This document shows, one piece after another, positions 1 to 9,019 of a stretch of DNA of 58,563 nucleotides (position 1 is its first letter; every line of letters starts with the position of its first letter). This DNA comes from a virus (Duplodnaviria; Caudoviricetes): positions 1-58,563 of the IMG/VR virus record IMGVR_UViG_3300020045_006445; one strand, given 5' to 3'. A model generated the notes under the pieces. The model was not told the DNA's origin. It saw nothing but the letters and a program-made list of their open reading frames with translations, and did no database searches. Position numbers and translations under genes: made by a program.

Positions 1-1
1 G

Positions 2-520
2 TGGATTAAAGGCAATGCGGTTTTTGAAGGCGATGAACTTGAATTTGAAGTTGACACCGAGACGGGCCGCCGCCGTATCATCAAACACAAGCAGACACTT
101 GACAGCGTTGGAACAAACAAACTTAAAGGCGCGTATGCGGTTTACCAATTGACCGACGGTACGGTAGATGTCGAGATAATGAACATCAGCCAGATCCAAA
201 CGTCTTGGAATCAAGGCGGGTCGAAAGGCGGATCACCTGCCCATAAGAACTTTGCCGATCAGATGGCAATTAAAACGGTCATCAACCGCGCCTGCAAATT
301 ACTTGTCAGCAGCTCGGACGATTCGATCCTTTATGATCCACTCGAAGAAGAAAGAGCGATTCCTGTTACAGAGGAAAACGTGAAGCTTGAAGTTCGTCAG
401 AATGCAAATGTTCAGCGTCTTGACTTTGCAGAGGAAATAGCGCACGAAGAAGTTGCCGAGGAAGTTGCGCCGGTTGAGATTCCAAAAGAAGAACCCGCTT
501 TAGCTGAACCACCTTTCTAA
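2..520 (+). CDS. recT: RecT-family single-strand annealing recombinase (5' truncated by window edge)
   Basis: Frame open from base 2 (WIKGNAVFEGDELEFEVD...IIKHKQ...KGAYAV); FADQMAIKTVINRACK motif typical of RecT; acidic tail; neighbours an MBL nuclease. Confidence 0.85.
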   Translation, partial: WIKGNAVFEGDELEFEVDTETGRRRIIKHKQTLDSVGTNKLKGAYAVYQLTDGTVDVEIMNISQIQTSWNQGGSKGGSPAHKNFADQMAIKTVINRACKLLVSSSDDSILYDPLEEERAIPVTEENVKLEVRQNANVQRLDFAEEIAHEEVAEEVAPVEIPKEEPALAEPPF

Positions 521-801
521 TGTTTACGCAAGGGAATTGGAAAGTCGGTAAAAACATGGGATGTGTTGTTACTGACGAAACGCCTACCGATAAAGATGTA
601 CAAACAGGTCACGGTGAAGTTGAATACTACGGCGGTCTTCTCATTTGCGAAAGCGTGAGAACTCCTGACGACGCAACGCTAATTGCAGCGGCGCCAGAAA
701 TGTTACGCGCACTACAGGCGGTATTGAATCTGGGCGAGTTTCACGAAACTGGACAAATCGGTTCAATATTGATCAACGCAATAAACAAAGCGACAAAATA
801 A
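520..801 (+). CDS. Phage hypothetical protein (DAxLIAAAPEML family)
   Basis: ORF coupled to both neighbours; recurrent phage motif LIAAAPEML. Confidence 0.7.
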   Translation: MFTQGNWKVGKNMGCVVTDETPTDKDVQTGHGEVEYYGGLLICESVRTPDDATLIAAAPEMLRALQAVLNLGEFHETGQIGSILINAINKATK

Positions 802-1556
802 TGGAACTCAAAGTAATTGCCACCGGCAGTAAAGGAAACGCCTACGTGCTCGAAAATGAGCACGAGGCACTCCTTATCGAATGTGGTGTAAAAGTGTCCG
901 AGATCAAAAAAGCAATCGGATTCAATCTCTCGAAAGTTGTCGGCGCAATTGTAAGCCACGAACACAACGATCACAGCAAAGGAATAAGCGAGGTTGCTGC
1001 AGCCGGAATCAACGTCTATGCAACGAAAGGAACCCATTTAGCAGTTGGCGCAAAGGCAAACCAAAACGGGCCGTCCCATCGAATGAAAACTATCGTCGCC
1101 TGCAAAGAGTTCACCATCGGCAATTTCAAGATACTGCCGTTCGATGTAAAGCACGACGCCAAAGAGCCTGTTGGCTTCCTGATCGAGCACAAAGACTGCG
1201 GCAAAGTATTGTTCTTAACCGATACATACTACTGTAAATACGTGTTCTCAGGCCTGAACAACATCATCATCGAGGCCAATTACGACGTTGACATCATAAA
1301 GGCGAAATACGGTGCCGATTCAGGAAAGGAATTTCTGAAAGACCGAATCTTTCAATCGCATTTCAGCTTGACGAATTGCAAAGAATTGCTGGCTTCAAAC
1401 GATCTGTCAGCGGTAAACAACATCGTCCTGATTCACTTGTCTGATTCGAATTCAGACGAAGCGATGTTTGAGAAATCAGTACGCGACCAGACAGGTAAGA
1501 ATGTGATTGCCGCTAGAAATGGAATGGTAATGAATTTTAACAGAACGCCTTTTTGA
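801..1556 (+). CDS. Metallo-beta-lactamase-fold hydrolase (YycJ/WalJ-like exonuclease partner of RecT)
   Basis: TGSKGN start, SHEHNDH (HxHxDH), HDAKEP, TDT, EANY and HLS motifs. Confidence 0.9.
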   Translation: MELKVIATGSKGNAYVLENEHEALLIECGVKVSEIKKAIGFNLSKVVGAIVSHEHNDHSKGISEVAAAGINVYATKGTHLAVGAKANQNGPSHRMKTIVACKEFTIGNFKILPFDVKHDAKEPVGFLIEHKDCGKVLFLTDTYYCKYVFSGLNNIIIEANYDVDIIKAKYGADSGKEFLKDRIFQSHFSLTNCKELLASNDLSAVNNIVLIHLSDSNSDEAMFEKSVRDQTGKNVIAARNGMVMNFNRTPF

Positions 1557-1557
1557 C

Positions 1558-2004
1558 ATGATCTTCAACGCCCAAAAAGAACTCGACGTAATCAAAGCAA
1601 CCGACAGGCTAAAATTCCTGATCGAAAAAAAGAAACGATTTGAGATAACCGAAAAGAAGCCGATCAGGTCGTTGAGCCAAAACAGCTACTTGCATTTGAT
1701 ACTGGCCTATTACGCGCTTGAATTTGGCGAGACAGCCGATTACATCAAGCAGGAGGTTTTTAAGAAGAAGGTGAACCGGGAAATCTTCGAGTTTGAATTC
1801 TACAACCGTAAAACCTACGAAGTCAGGACTGAATATAAAAGCACCGCGAAACTCGACACAAAGGAACTCACCATCGCAATTGAAAGGTTTAAGGAATTCT
1901 CGATGCGTCAGGCAGGTTTTAGACTACCGGAACCCAGCGACCTCGCGTTCCTTGACGAAATAAGAAATGAAGTTACAAAATACGAAAGTTTAATTTATCT
2001 GTAA
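1558..2004 (+). CDS. NinB/Orf-like recombination accessory protein
   Basis: RSLSQNSYLH and STAKLDTKEL...IE motifs, LPEP near C-terminus; located in recombination module. Confidence 0.6.
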   Translation: MIFNAQKELDVIKATDRLKFLIEKKKRFEITEKKPIRSLSQNSYLHLILAYYALEFGETADYIKQEVFKKKVNREIFEFEFYNRKTYEVRTEYKSTAKLDTKELTIAIERFKEFSMRQAGFRLPEPSDLAFLDEIRNEVTKYESLIYL

Positions 2005-2009
2005 TTACT

Positions 2010-2300
2010 ATGGAAAATCAGATCACAATGGATTTCACAAATCCAATACCTCACATCGAGAACAACGTTGAATCGCAGCACTTCTACGAAGCAAACGCTG
2101 ATAAGTTCAACAATCAGTGCAAAACGGTCTACGAGGCACTTTTAAGGGGCGAACGTCTCACGGTGTTGGAATCGGCTATCAAATACGGAATCGGCCATTT
2201 ACCCCGTCGAATTCTCGACCTCAAAAATCTGGGCGTGAATGTTCTGGATGAACGGATGAAAGGCGGTTACAAGGAATATTTTTTAATTCAAAATTCATAG
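2010..2300 (+). CDS. Winged helix-turn-helix protein
   Basis: LLRGERLTVLESAIKYGIGHLPRRILDLK pattern of small phage wHTH proteins. Confidence 0.65.
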   Translation: MENQITMDFTNPIPHIENNVESQHFYEANADKFNNQCKTVYEALLRGERLTVLESAIKYGIGHLPRRILDLKNLGVNVLDERMKGGYKEYFLIQNS

Positions 2301-2302
2301 AA

Positions 2303-2665
2303 ATGCAAGTAGAAGGAAAAATAAGAGCAATAAAAGCAGAGCAACAAGTATCTGCTTCATTTAAAAAACGTGAGTTGATCGTTACGACCAATGAGCAATA
2401 CCCGCAACACATCCTGATTGAATTCGCGCAAGACAAATGCGATTTGTTGAACAGCTACAAACCTGGCGACGATGTGAAAGTTTCAATCAATCTTCGCGGC
2501 CGAGAATGGGTAAATCCTCAAGGCGAAGCGAAATACTTCAATCAAATTCAGGGCTGGCGCGTGGAAAAAGTACAATCTGATTCGCCGGCGGCATCGAATG
2601 AACAGCCACCATTCGAACCTGCAGCCATTTTCAACGAGGAAGAACACGATGATCTGCCTTTCTGA
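2303..2665 (+). CDS. DUF3127-type single-stranded DNA-binding protein
   Basis: FKKRELIVTT-EQYPQ-I-IEF-QDK, INLRGREW, YFNQIQGWR, acidic DDLPF tail. Confidence 0.85.
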   Translation: MQVEGKIRAIKAEQQVSASFKKRELIVTTNEQYPQHILIEFAQDKCDLLNSYKPGDDVKVSINLRGREWVNPQGEAKYFNQIQGWRVEKVQSDSPAASNEQPPFEPAAIFNEEEHDDLPF

Positions 2666-3042
2666 TGGAAGCCATCATCGATAATCAAAGCCGAAAATGT
2701 TCGAAATGTAAAAGAAATTTGCCTTTTGTTCATTTTTCAAAGAGCAGAAGAAAAAGATCAGGATTTGAATCGCAATGCAAGGTCTGCACAAAAGAGAGGG
2801 TTTTAAGCAATGAACTTGACAGGATTCAGAAACTCAAATTATCAAGGTTAACAAACGTAGATGTTGTCTGCGCCAAAGCCTACGAATCAGATCGAACATA
2901 TTACATATTCAGGAGCACACACGAGCAGGTTGTTTTAACGATCACAATCAGCGATCATGTATCAAGCAGCGTTCCATTATTCGAATATGAGAAAGCTTAT
3001 TTAAAAGCCAATTATCCATATTTCAAATTCTATTCACCATAA
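2665..3042 (+). CDS. Zinc-finger hypothetical protein
   Basis: CSKC...CKVC at N-terminus. Confidence 0.55.
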   Translation: MEAIIDNQSRKCSKCKRNLPFVHFSKSRRKRSGFESQCKVCTKERVLSNELDRIQKLKLSRLTNVDVVCAKAYESDRTYYIFRSTHEQVVLTITISDHVSSSVPLFEYEKAYLKANYPYFKFYSP

Positions 3043-3204
3043 ATGGCAAAAATAGAAAAGAATGAAATGCCGGTGTTCGAGAAACAATACCGTGAGATTA
3101 TCCTTAAAAAAGTTACCGAAAATACCACAGAATACGACCAACAAATAAAAATCATTGAAGCCAAAATTGACTATTTCAATTGGGGAATACGTGAAAAAAC
3201 CTAA
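3043..3204 (+). CDS. Small hypothetical protein (53 aa, not in ORF track)
   Basis: ATG at 3043, MAKIEKNEMPVF...REKT*, fills the gap exactly. Confidence 0.5.
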   Translation: MAKIEKNEMPVFEKQYREIILKKVTENTTEYDQQIKIIEAKIDYFNWGIREKT

Positions 3205-3213
3205 CGAAATAAT

Positions 3214-3924
3214 ATGAACGCACCAGCATTTCAGTTTTACGCCCAGGACTTCCTAACAGGCGTAATGTATTTAACAAGCGAAGAAAAAGGCATCTACATC
3301 ACCATGCTTTGCAAACAATGGACTGATGGTAAGATACCCAAAAAAAGGCTAGGCTTTCTTGTGGGTTTAGAATGGGAATCATTCTCTGACGAGCTAAAAG
3401 AAAAGTTTGAAGATTGCGGTGAATATGTAGTAAACAATAGGCTTGAGAGCGAAAGAAACAAAAAAAGCCGATATGTTGAGAAGCAGGTCGAAAACGGAAA
3501 AAAAGGCGGACGTCCTCGAAAAACTGATGATTCAGAAGATAAATATAATACCCAAATTAAAAATTCAAAAACCCAAACGAAAGCTTTTCTTATTGAAGAT
3601 GAAGATGAAATAGAAAAAGAAGAAGTAATTGAAAAAAAAGAAAAACCGCAAAGATTCGATCTTCTAAAAATCCCCGAATCATTTAAACCGCTTTGGATCG
3701 AATGGCTGGAATATCGAAAAGACAAAAAGAAGAAACCCTATGCCGGGCCCAAGTGGGAGCAAATCGCAATAGACAAGTTCGTCGAGTTGTCAAGTAACGA
3801 TCCGATAATAGCCAAAAAAATCCTTGAGCAAACGATTTCTAAAAACTGGGAGGGATTCTTTGAATTAAAATCGCAGGCTCCGACATCTCACCAACAACAA
3901 TCAACATTTCAAACTAACAGATGA
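3214..3924 (+). CDS. DUF1376/YdaU-like replication initiator
   Basis: PAFQFYAQDFLTG...EEKGIYITMLC-QW, NGKKGGRP, C-terminal W-EW-EYRK...NW-G-F domain; precedes a DnaC-like ATPase. Confidence 0.75.
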   Translation: MNAPAFQFYAQDFLTGVMYLTSEEKGIYITMLCKQWTDGKIPKKRLGFLVGLEWESFSDELKEKFEDCGEYVVNNRLESERNKKSRYVEKQVENGKKGGRPRKTDDSEDKYNTQIKNSKTQTKAFLIEDEDEIEKEEVIEKKEKPQRFDLLKIPESFKPLWIEWLEYRKDKKKKPYAGPKWEQIAIDKFVELSSNDPIIAKKILEQTISKNWEGFFELKSQAPTSHQQQSTFQTNR

Positions 3925-4403
3925 TTATGAAAGCAATAAAAGAAAATAGAATGCAAATCGACCTTTTTAACGAAGATAAGGCATTGCTTATAGCTGCGGT
4001 AATGAGTTGTTCGAGCTGGATTTCAATTGCCGAAGAATTGCCGCCCGCGCACACTTACGTTTTAGCGAGAAGTCACTACTGCAAACATCCTGCAGACATT
4101 GCATATTACAACGGTTACGGTTTTAAGAGTGTAAACCATGGAAAATTTTACAATGTTATTTATTGGGCAAAAATAATTACTGAAAATCTTCCAGAATTTG
4201 ATAGAGCAGTTTTAGAAAAGCATCAGGACGAATTAAAACCTGAAACGCAAACTGCGCTGAATCTCGATACAATCCTACAGTATTTTGAAAAGGGTTCATT
4301 TGCTTACCTATCAGGCGAAGGACATTGGTACATAGAAGACACTCCGGTATCGCGTGGTGAGGTTTTACGTCTAATTTCCAATGATTTGAAAAATAACTCA
4401 TAA
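3921..4403 (+). CDS. Hypothetical protein with DUF551-like WIS-EELP domain
   Basis: SWISIAEELP...VIYW motif. Confidence 0.55.
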   Translation: MIMKAIKENRMQIDLFNEDKALLIAAVMSCSSWISIAEELPPAHTYVLARSHYCKHPADIAYYNGYGFKSVNHGKFYNVIYWAKIITENLPEFDRAVLEKHQDELKPETQTALNLDTILQYFEKGSFAYLSGEGHWYIEDTPVSRGEVLRLISNDLKNNS

Positions 4404-4453
4404 CGACCTTATCCGCGCACAAATAATACCATTATCACTCCAACTTCTTTACC

Positions 4454-5335
4454 ATGAACCAACAAATAGAAATCCAATCAATCGGCATCCGAAAATACGA
4501 GCACCTGAAAAGCCTTAAGGCAGAGGAGTTGACCGAAACCCAAAAGCGCCAGGTCGAGATTTACGAATCAAGACAAAGATCAGCCACGCCTGAACAAATC
4601 GAACTGCAGCATAATTACTTCGACAAGATCATGGCTCCAAAGGATAAAGTTGATTTTTCAATCGAAGCGCGCGAACTCTGGGAGAACTTTCGGGCCAACT
4701 TCGAAAAGGTCAACGGGCGGCCGTTTATCAAGATCCCAAACGTAACGATCAAGAACCTGGAGCCGTTGATTTATTACTTCTCCAAAGACCAGCGTTTCTT
4801 TCAATCCGAAAATCTTTCGCTGATGTCAAAGCCAAGTTTCGACAAAGGGCTTTTGATCGTCGGAAACTTCGGTAATGGAAAAACATCGGCAATGAAAGTA
4901 TTTGAGTTTTTGTTCAAGAACATCCAAGGCCACAGCTTCAAGGGATATTCGGCAAACGAAGTGGTTTTGATGTTTGAGAAATGCACAGGCGACAAGGCCG
5001 AGATACTTCGCCAGGAATTCGAAACAATCATGTGGCGAGGCAACCGGTACTTCGATGACCTGAAAACAGAACGCATCGCATCGAACTACGGCAAGGTAAA
5101 TATCTTCAAGGAAATCTTGGAAGAGCGTTACAGTCGCATGGTTCCGAACCGAGAATTATATCCGGACAAGCCGACAGCCAAGACTTTCATTACCTGTAAT
5201 TACGAAGATCATTCGCCAGGTGATTTAAAAGCAGCGATCGATGAATTCGGCACCAAGTACGGTGGCCGGGTTTATGATCGGATATTCGAGATGTTCAACA
5301 TCGTTGAGTTCAAAGGCAAAAGCTTTCGGGAATGA
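4454..5335 (+). CDS. P-loop ATPase, DnaC/IstB-like helicase loader
   Basis: Walker A GNFGNGKT, Walker B YFDDL, ITCN, YGGRVYDRIFEMFNIVEFKGKSFR. Confidence 0.85.
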   Translation: MNQQIEIQSIGIRKYEHLKSLKAEELTETQKRQVEIYESRQRSATPEQIELQHNYFDKIMAPKDKVDFSIEARELWENFRANFEKVNGRPFIKIPNVTIKNLEPLIYYFSKDQRFFQSENLSLMSKPSFDKGLLIVGNFGNGKTSAMKVFEFLFKNIQGHSFKGYSANEVVLMFEKCTGDKAEILRQEFETIMWRGNRYFDDLKTERIASNYGKVNIFKEILEERYSRMVPNRELYPDKPTAKTFITCNYEDHSPGDLKAAIDEFGTKYGGRVYDRIFEMFNIVEFKGKSFRE

Positions 5336-5949
5336 TCGAATCCAAGCCGTGTTTCGGAAAACACAAAGCGACCGGATTCGATGCCTGCGGCAAAATAACC
5401 AAGGTTAAGTACTTAAAATACGGCCTCTGCCCTAACTGTTACCCGACCTGGTTATTCTCAGACAACGATCTTGCAAAGCTCGAGCGCGAAAAGTTTTTGG
5501 GTGCCAATAAAAATAAAGTCGAAAAAGAGCAGAAAGTCAAAGACAGTGAACTTCGAGAAAAACTTAAAACGCTTACGCAACTAGAAAACGAAGCCAAGTT
5601 ATCATTCCAAAAGTTCATTCGGCTTCGGGATGCTGAGTTAGGATGCGCGAGTTGCCATACCACAACAACCGATCTATGGGATGGCGGCCACTGGAAAAAA
5701 GCCGAAATCTACTCTGGATTGATCTTCGACGAAAGAAACTGCCACAAGCAGTGTAGAAAATGCAACAGATACCTCGGAGGTAACGAAGGAGAGTATCGAA
5801 TTAAGCTCGTTCATCGGTTTAGCGAGGATTGGGTAAGGCAACTCGAAGATGATGCAAATAAGACCCGTAATTACAAATATGGCCGGGATGAATTGATTGG
5901 GATAAAGAAAATTTACGATTTGAAGATTAAGGAACTTTTGAAAAAATAG
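5332..5949 (+). CDS. ninG: NinG/Rap-like junction endonuclease
   Basis: FQKFIRLRD, CASC, DGGH, FDERNCHKQCRKCNRYLGGN. Confidence 0.85.
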   Translation: MIESKPCFGKHKATGFDACGKITKVKYLKYGLCPNCYPTWLFSDNDLAKLEREKFLGANKNKVEKEQKVKDSELREKLKTLTQLENEAKLSFQKFIRLRDAELGCASCHTTTTDLWDGGHWKKAEIYSGLIFDERNCHKQCRKCNRYLGGNEGEYRIKLVHRFSEDWVRQLEDDANKTRNYKYGRDELIGIKKIYDLKIKELLKK

Positions 5950-5952
5950 CCA

Positions 5953-6225
5953 ATGCAGAAGCAATTAACCCTCGACCTGTTCGACCCTCCATTCATCGAA
6001 TCAGCAAATAATCTGCTGCACGAATTAAACGATGGCCGAAAAAAGGATTTCTTCGATGCCGTTAAGATATATCAGCATGGTGATTTATATATAATGACAG
6101 CGGAGAATAAAGAATCAGGAATTTTCTGTAACGTGGTGGATGTCAACGGCAAAACACCTGTCGGATTTAGCGCCAATTGGAGAAGAAAGGCGCATATTTT
6201 GGATGATATTAAAGTTTCGGTCTAA
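5953..6225 (+). CDS. Hypothetical protein
   Basis: ORF with ATG following ninG. Confidence 0.6.
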   Translation: MQKQLTLDLFDPPFIESANNLLHELNDGRKKDFFDAVKIYQHGDLYIMTAENKESGIFCNVVDVNGKTPVGFSANWRRKAHILDDIKVSV

Positions 6226-6457
6226 GGATCCCATTGTAGTTTCCGTCCTGATCGTAAAAGTGAACGAAGTCTTTGTCTGCCTCGATAAGTTCAAAAACCG
6301 AACAGTCAAGAGCATCGGCGATTTTTTGAATGATTGTCATTGACGGATTTCCGTTAACATGGGTGCTTAGCGATTGACGGGTAATATCCATTCGCTTCGC
6401 AAGACTTGAAACATTCAATCCTTTTGCTTTTACAACTTCTTTTATACGCAGTTTCAT
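6209..6457 (-). CDS. XRE-family HTH transcriptional regulator
   Basis: MKLRIKEVVKAKGLNVSSLAKRMDITRQSLS...GNPSMTIIQKIADALDC; the only convincing minus-strand gene. Confidence 0.85.
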   Translation of the reverse strand: MKLRIKEVVKAKGLNVSSLAKRMDITRQSLSTHVNGNPSMTIIQKIADALDCSVFELIEADKDFVHFYDQDGNYNGILRPKL

Positions 6458-6461
6458 AATG

Positions 6462-6561
6462 CAAATATATAAAAATTAAACGATCAGCTTACATAATTAA
6501 AAAATTGTCCGAAGAATTACTGCTATTTATTTTGTAGTGTCGCGTGATAGACTTACATTTG
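6462..6561. promoter_or_regulatory. Divergent Bacteroidota-type promoters
   Basis: Minus strand TATATTTG (CAAATATA 6462-6469) just before the XRE start; plus strand TTTG 6531 with TACATTTG 6554-6561. Confidence 0.65.
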
Positions 6562-6580
6562 AACTTTAATAATTACCATT

Positions 6581-6877
6581 ATGATAAATTTATTATCGGA
6601 TAAAGATTTGTTCAAACTTCAATCGAGATGCGAATCAACTATCGACGATTATTCGAAAACAAGGTCATCGATTTGCGACAATTATCATCTGGCCAAGACA
6701 ATAATCAGAAAGTTGCTCGAGCAGAATCCGGAAAGTCTTTTTAAGTATCAGAAACGACCGGGAACGTTGAAACTTCGGGATATATGCAAAGAAGTCGGAT
6801 TTGATTACTGGGCCCGACTAGACATAAGCAACGCAATTGATTACCTGGATTGCGCATTTACAAACCACAACCGCTAA
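6581..6877 (+). CDS. Hypothetical protein
   Basis: First ORF after the 6554 promoter. Confidence 0.6.
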   Translation: MINLLSDKDLFKLQSRCESTIDDYSKTRSSICDNYHLAKTIIRKLLEQNPESLFKYQKRPGTLKLRDICKEVGFDYWARLDISNAIDYLDCAFTNHNR

Positions 6878-6888
6878 CCCGACCACAA

Positions 6889-7233
6889 ATGAAAACGAGT
6901 AAAGTACAATTTGGGCAAGCAGCCACCGCAGATTTTGAAGAAAACACATACACCTTTGAAATGGACGGTGAATTTGAAGTTCGTGCAGGTAAGTACGCGA
7001 TCGTTCCAATTGAAACTTGGGAACAACACTTGGCAGATTTCGATAAAATGCGGTCGGCTTTGGAAAATGCAAAGAAGCAAATACAATACCTAGAAAGCAG
7101 AAGAGGTGAGAGAGAAGATGCAATTCCACCTTTTTATTATACAACCGTATCTATTTTAAAAGAGATTGACGGCATTTTAAATATGACTTACAACAAACAA
7201 TGTTTAACGCCTTCGGGTGAAAAATTGAAATGA
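6889..7233 (+). CDS. Hypothetical mosaic protein (array slot 1, version A)
   Basis: Likely start ATG 6889 (MKTSK); shares HLADF-KMRSALE and LTPSGEK segments with 54550-55017. Confidence 0.65.
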   Translation: MKTSKVQFGQAATADFEENTYTFEMDGEFEVRAGKYAIVPIETWEQHLADFDKMRSALENAKKQIQYLESRRGEREDAIPPFYYTTVSILKEIDGILNMTYNKQCLTPSGEKLK

Positions 7234-7234
7234 T

Positions 7235-7576
7235 ATGGAAACACTACACCTAAACTTGAAGCGAAAATGGTTTGATATGATTGCCTCTGGTGAAAAGCTG
7301 GAGGAATACCGCGAAATTAAGCCGTATTGGGATCGTAGATTCATTGATGAAAAAAGACAAAACATTTTAGACGCTACAACCGCATTTGAAATTGCTTGGA
7401 AAAATTTCAACACGATCACTTTCAAAAATGGCTACCAAAAAGACGCGCCAACTATCATCGTAGAATGTAAAGGAATCGAGATCGGCAAGGCAAAGCCAGA
7501 GTGGTAAGACAATTGGCAAGGCTATGTTTTCATTATTAAGCTTGGCGCAATCGTCAACCCCTCACACCAACAATAA
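7235..7576 (+). pseudogene. ASCH-domain protein with in-frame TAA at 7505-7507
   Basis: LHLNLKRKWFDMIASGEKLEEYRE is ASCH-like; the frame continues after the stop as DNWQGYVFIIKLGAIVNPSHQQ*. Confidence 0.7.
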
Positions 7577-7612
7577 CCCTCCCGACAATAACTTAAACTT
7601 ATAATTATGAAA
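7562..7612 (+). repeat. Array anchor L2 (second copy 55164-55214)
   Basis: TCACACCAACAATAACCCTCYCGAMAATAACTTAAAYTTATAATTATGAAA, 3 mismatches. Confidence 0.95.
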
Positions 7613-7921
7613 AAAACAATCAGTGTAGATCTAGGAAAAGAAGACTACATAATTGCCTTGATGAAAGACATAAATTTCGTGGAAATTGATAGATCAATAT
7701 GTGGCGGAACAATGAGTTCTGAAAAAATTCAATTAACTTTTGAAGGCGATGAAAGCGATTATAACGAAAATGGCTATGTTCAAATAATAAACAATACCCC
7801 ATATGTCGGATATAGTTACTACTATTCTTTGGGGTTTCCCGAAGGCTATTACACAAATGACATCGAAAGATTCAAAAGCGTTCATCTAAGCAAACAAGAA
7901 ATTACGGTTAGTCACTTTTAA
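7607..7921 (+). CDS. Hypothetical protein (slot 3A)
   Basis: ORF bounded by anchors L2 and L3. Confidence 0.65.
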   Translation: MKKTISVDLGKEDYIIALMKDINFVEIDRSICGGTMSSEKIQLTFEGDESDYNENGYVQIINNTPYVGYSYYYSLGFPEGYYTNDIERFKSVHLSKQEITVSHF

Positions 7922-7950
7922 CCCTCCCGACAAGGGAATAAATAACACTG
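7916..7950 (+). repeat. Array anchor L3 (second copy 55389-55423)
   Basis: 35 bp identical TTTTAACCCTCCCGACAAGGGAATAAATAACACTG. Confidence 0.95.
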
Positions 7951-7955
7951 AAATT

Positions 7956-8162
7956 ATGACTGAACAAGAAGTGACCATCAGATTTAACTCTTTGCCAAGA
8001 GAGATCAGAACCACAATAATAGGATCTGAAATATCTACCGAAATCAATTGGCTTAAAAGGGAGAAAAAAAGAGCGCAAGACCAGCACTCAAAAAACATTC
8101 GGGATATAAACGAGCGCATCGTTAGACTCAGCAAAAATCTTGAACAACTGAAAGATGATTAG
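7956..8162 (+). CDS. Small coiled-coil hypothetical protein (slot 4A)
   Basis: ORF between anchors L3 and L4. Confidence 0.6.
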   Translation: MTEQEVTIRFNSLPREIRTTIIGSEISTEINWLKREKKRAQDQHSKNIRDINERIVRLSKNLEQLKDD

Positions 8163-8173
8163 AACCAACCCCC

Positions 8174-8221
8174 TTTACTAACCCCTGCTTCAATCGGGGA
8201 ATAACACTCAAACGGAAATGG
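8174..8221 (+). repeat. Array anchor L4 (second copy 57148-57195)
   Basis: 48 bp, 1 mismatch: TTTACTAACCCCTGCTTCAATCGGGGAATAACACTYAAACGGAAATGG. Confidence 0.95.
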
Positions 8222-8703
8222 AAACAAAAATTAAATTATCAGAAATTGAAAATAAGTTTTTGATTGTTGTAAAAGGCGAAGAGCACAAAGTCGTTTATGA
8301 TGTTGACGATAGCCGTATTTTTTCCGTACACGTTACGGGTTGCGGCCGAGGTTCAAGAAATGCAGTCTTGTCAAGGAAAACATTTTTCTCAAACACTAAA
8401 AAAACAGGAAAGGCAATTGAATATTTAGAAAGCAGTTTTCGCGGGGTTGAATTTTGTTCGGTTTTGTTTGCCGAATTAAAAAACATTTCAAAGACAGGTT
8501 ATGAAAACTTGATTGAAGATATTGAAGATTACAACCGAGATATTGATTTTGACCGAGAATACCAAAAAGAAGAAAATGCAGCTTTTCAAGCCGAATACGA
8601 AAAGACTAAGGAAAAAGCGATAAAGCTGATAAATGAAAAGTTCATATTTGAGATAGAAGAAACTGACGACAGCGGCGGTTACACGACAATTAAAGTTAGG
8701 TAA
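8218..8703 (+). CDS. Hypothetical protein (slot 5A)
   Basis: ORF between anchors L4 and L5. Confidence 0.65.
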   Translation: METKIKLSEIENKFLIVVKGEEHKVVYDVDDSRIFSVHVTGCGRGSRNAVLSRKTFFSNTKKTGKAIEYLESSFRGVEFCSVLFAELKNISKTGYENLIEDIEDYNRDIDFDREYQKEENAAFQAEYEKTKEKAIKLINEKFIFEIEETDDSGGYTTIKVR

Positions 8704-8740
8704 ACACTCACTTAATAAACAACTTAAAATATAGATTATG
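8703..8740 (+). repeat. Array anchor L5 (second copy 57484-57521)
   Basis: 38 bp identical AACACTCACTTAATAAACAACTTAAAATATAGATTATG. Confidence 0.95.
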
Positions 8741-8971
8741 TCGCACGTAGTAGTAAAATTTTCAACAGATGATGGCGGTGAAAAAGTAATTAAGGATGAT
8801 TGGCACTTAGTTATTAACTCGGCAGGATCGTCTAGCAAATTATGCACGTTAGAGGTTTTTGGATTTGGAGAAAGCGGATCGGTGTATAAGGAAAAAGAAG
8901 TTGATAGAGGTGGGATAACTTGTAAAAATTGCTTGCGTGAAATTAATTTTTTTAAATCAATAAAACTGTAA
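8738..8971 (+). CDS. Small Cys-containing hypothetical protein (slot 6A)
   Basis: WH...LC...ITCKNC. Confidence 0.65.
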   Translation: MSHVVVKFSTDDGGEKVIKDDWHLVINSAGSSSKLCTLEVFGFGESGSVYKEKEVDRGGITCKNCLREINFFKSIKL

Positions 8972-9011
8972 CCCGCCCTTTTCAATCTAGGTGGAAAACA
9001 ATAATTTAAAA
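8969..9011 (+). repeat. Array anchor L6 (second copy 58062-58102)
   Basis: TAACCCGCCCTWTTCAATCTAGG(TG)GAAAACAATAATTTAAAA, 1 substitution plus a 2-nt indel. Confidence 0.9.
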
Positions 9012-9019
9012 TAGGAGAA

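Noticed and set aside
3330-3585. Iterons inside the DUF1376 initiator gene
   Set aside because: Only three scattered ACCCAAA heptamers in A-rich coding sequence; not convincing.
7505-7507. Stop-codon reassignment
   Set aside because: Long core genes are uninterrupted and TAA, TAG and TGA all end genes normally.
7562-9011. Array linkers as integron attC sites
   Set aside because: They start with TAAC but lack the closing GTTRRRY and the long imperfect palindrome, differ from slot to slot, and no tyrosine recombinase is visible.
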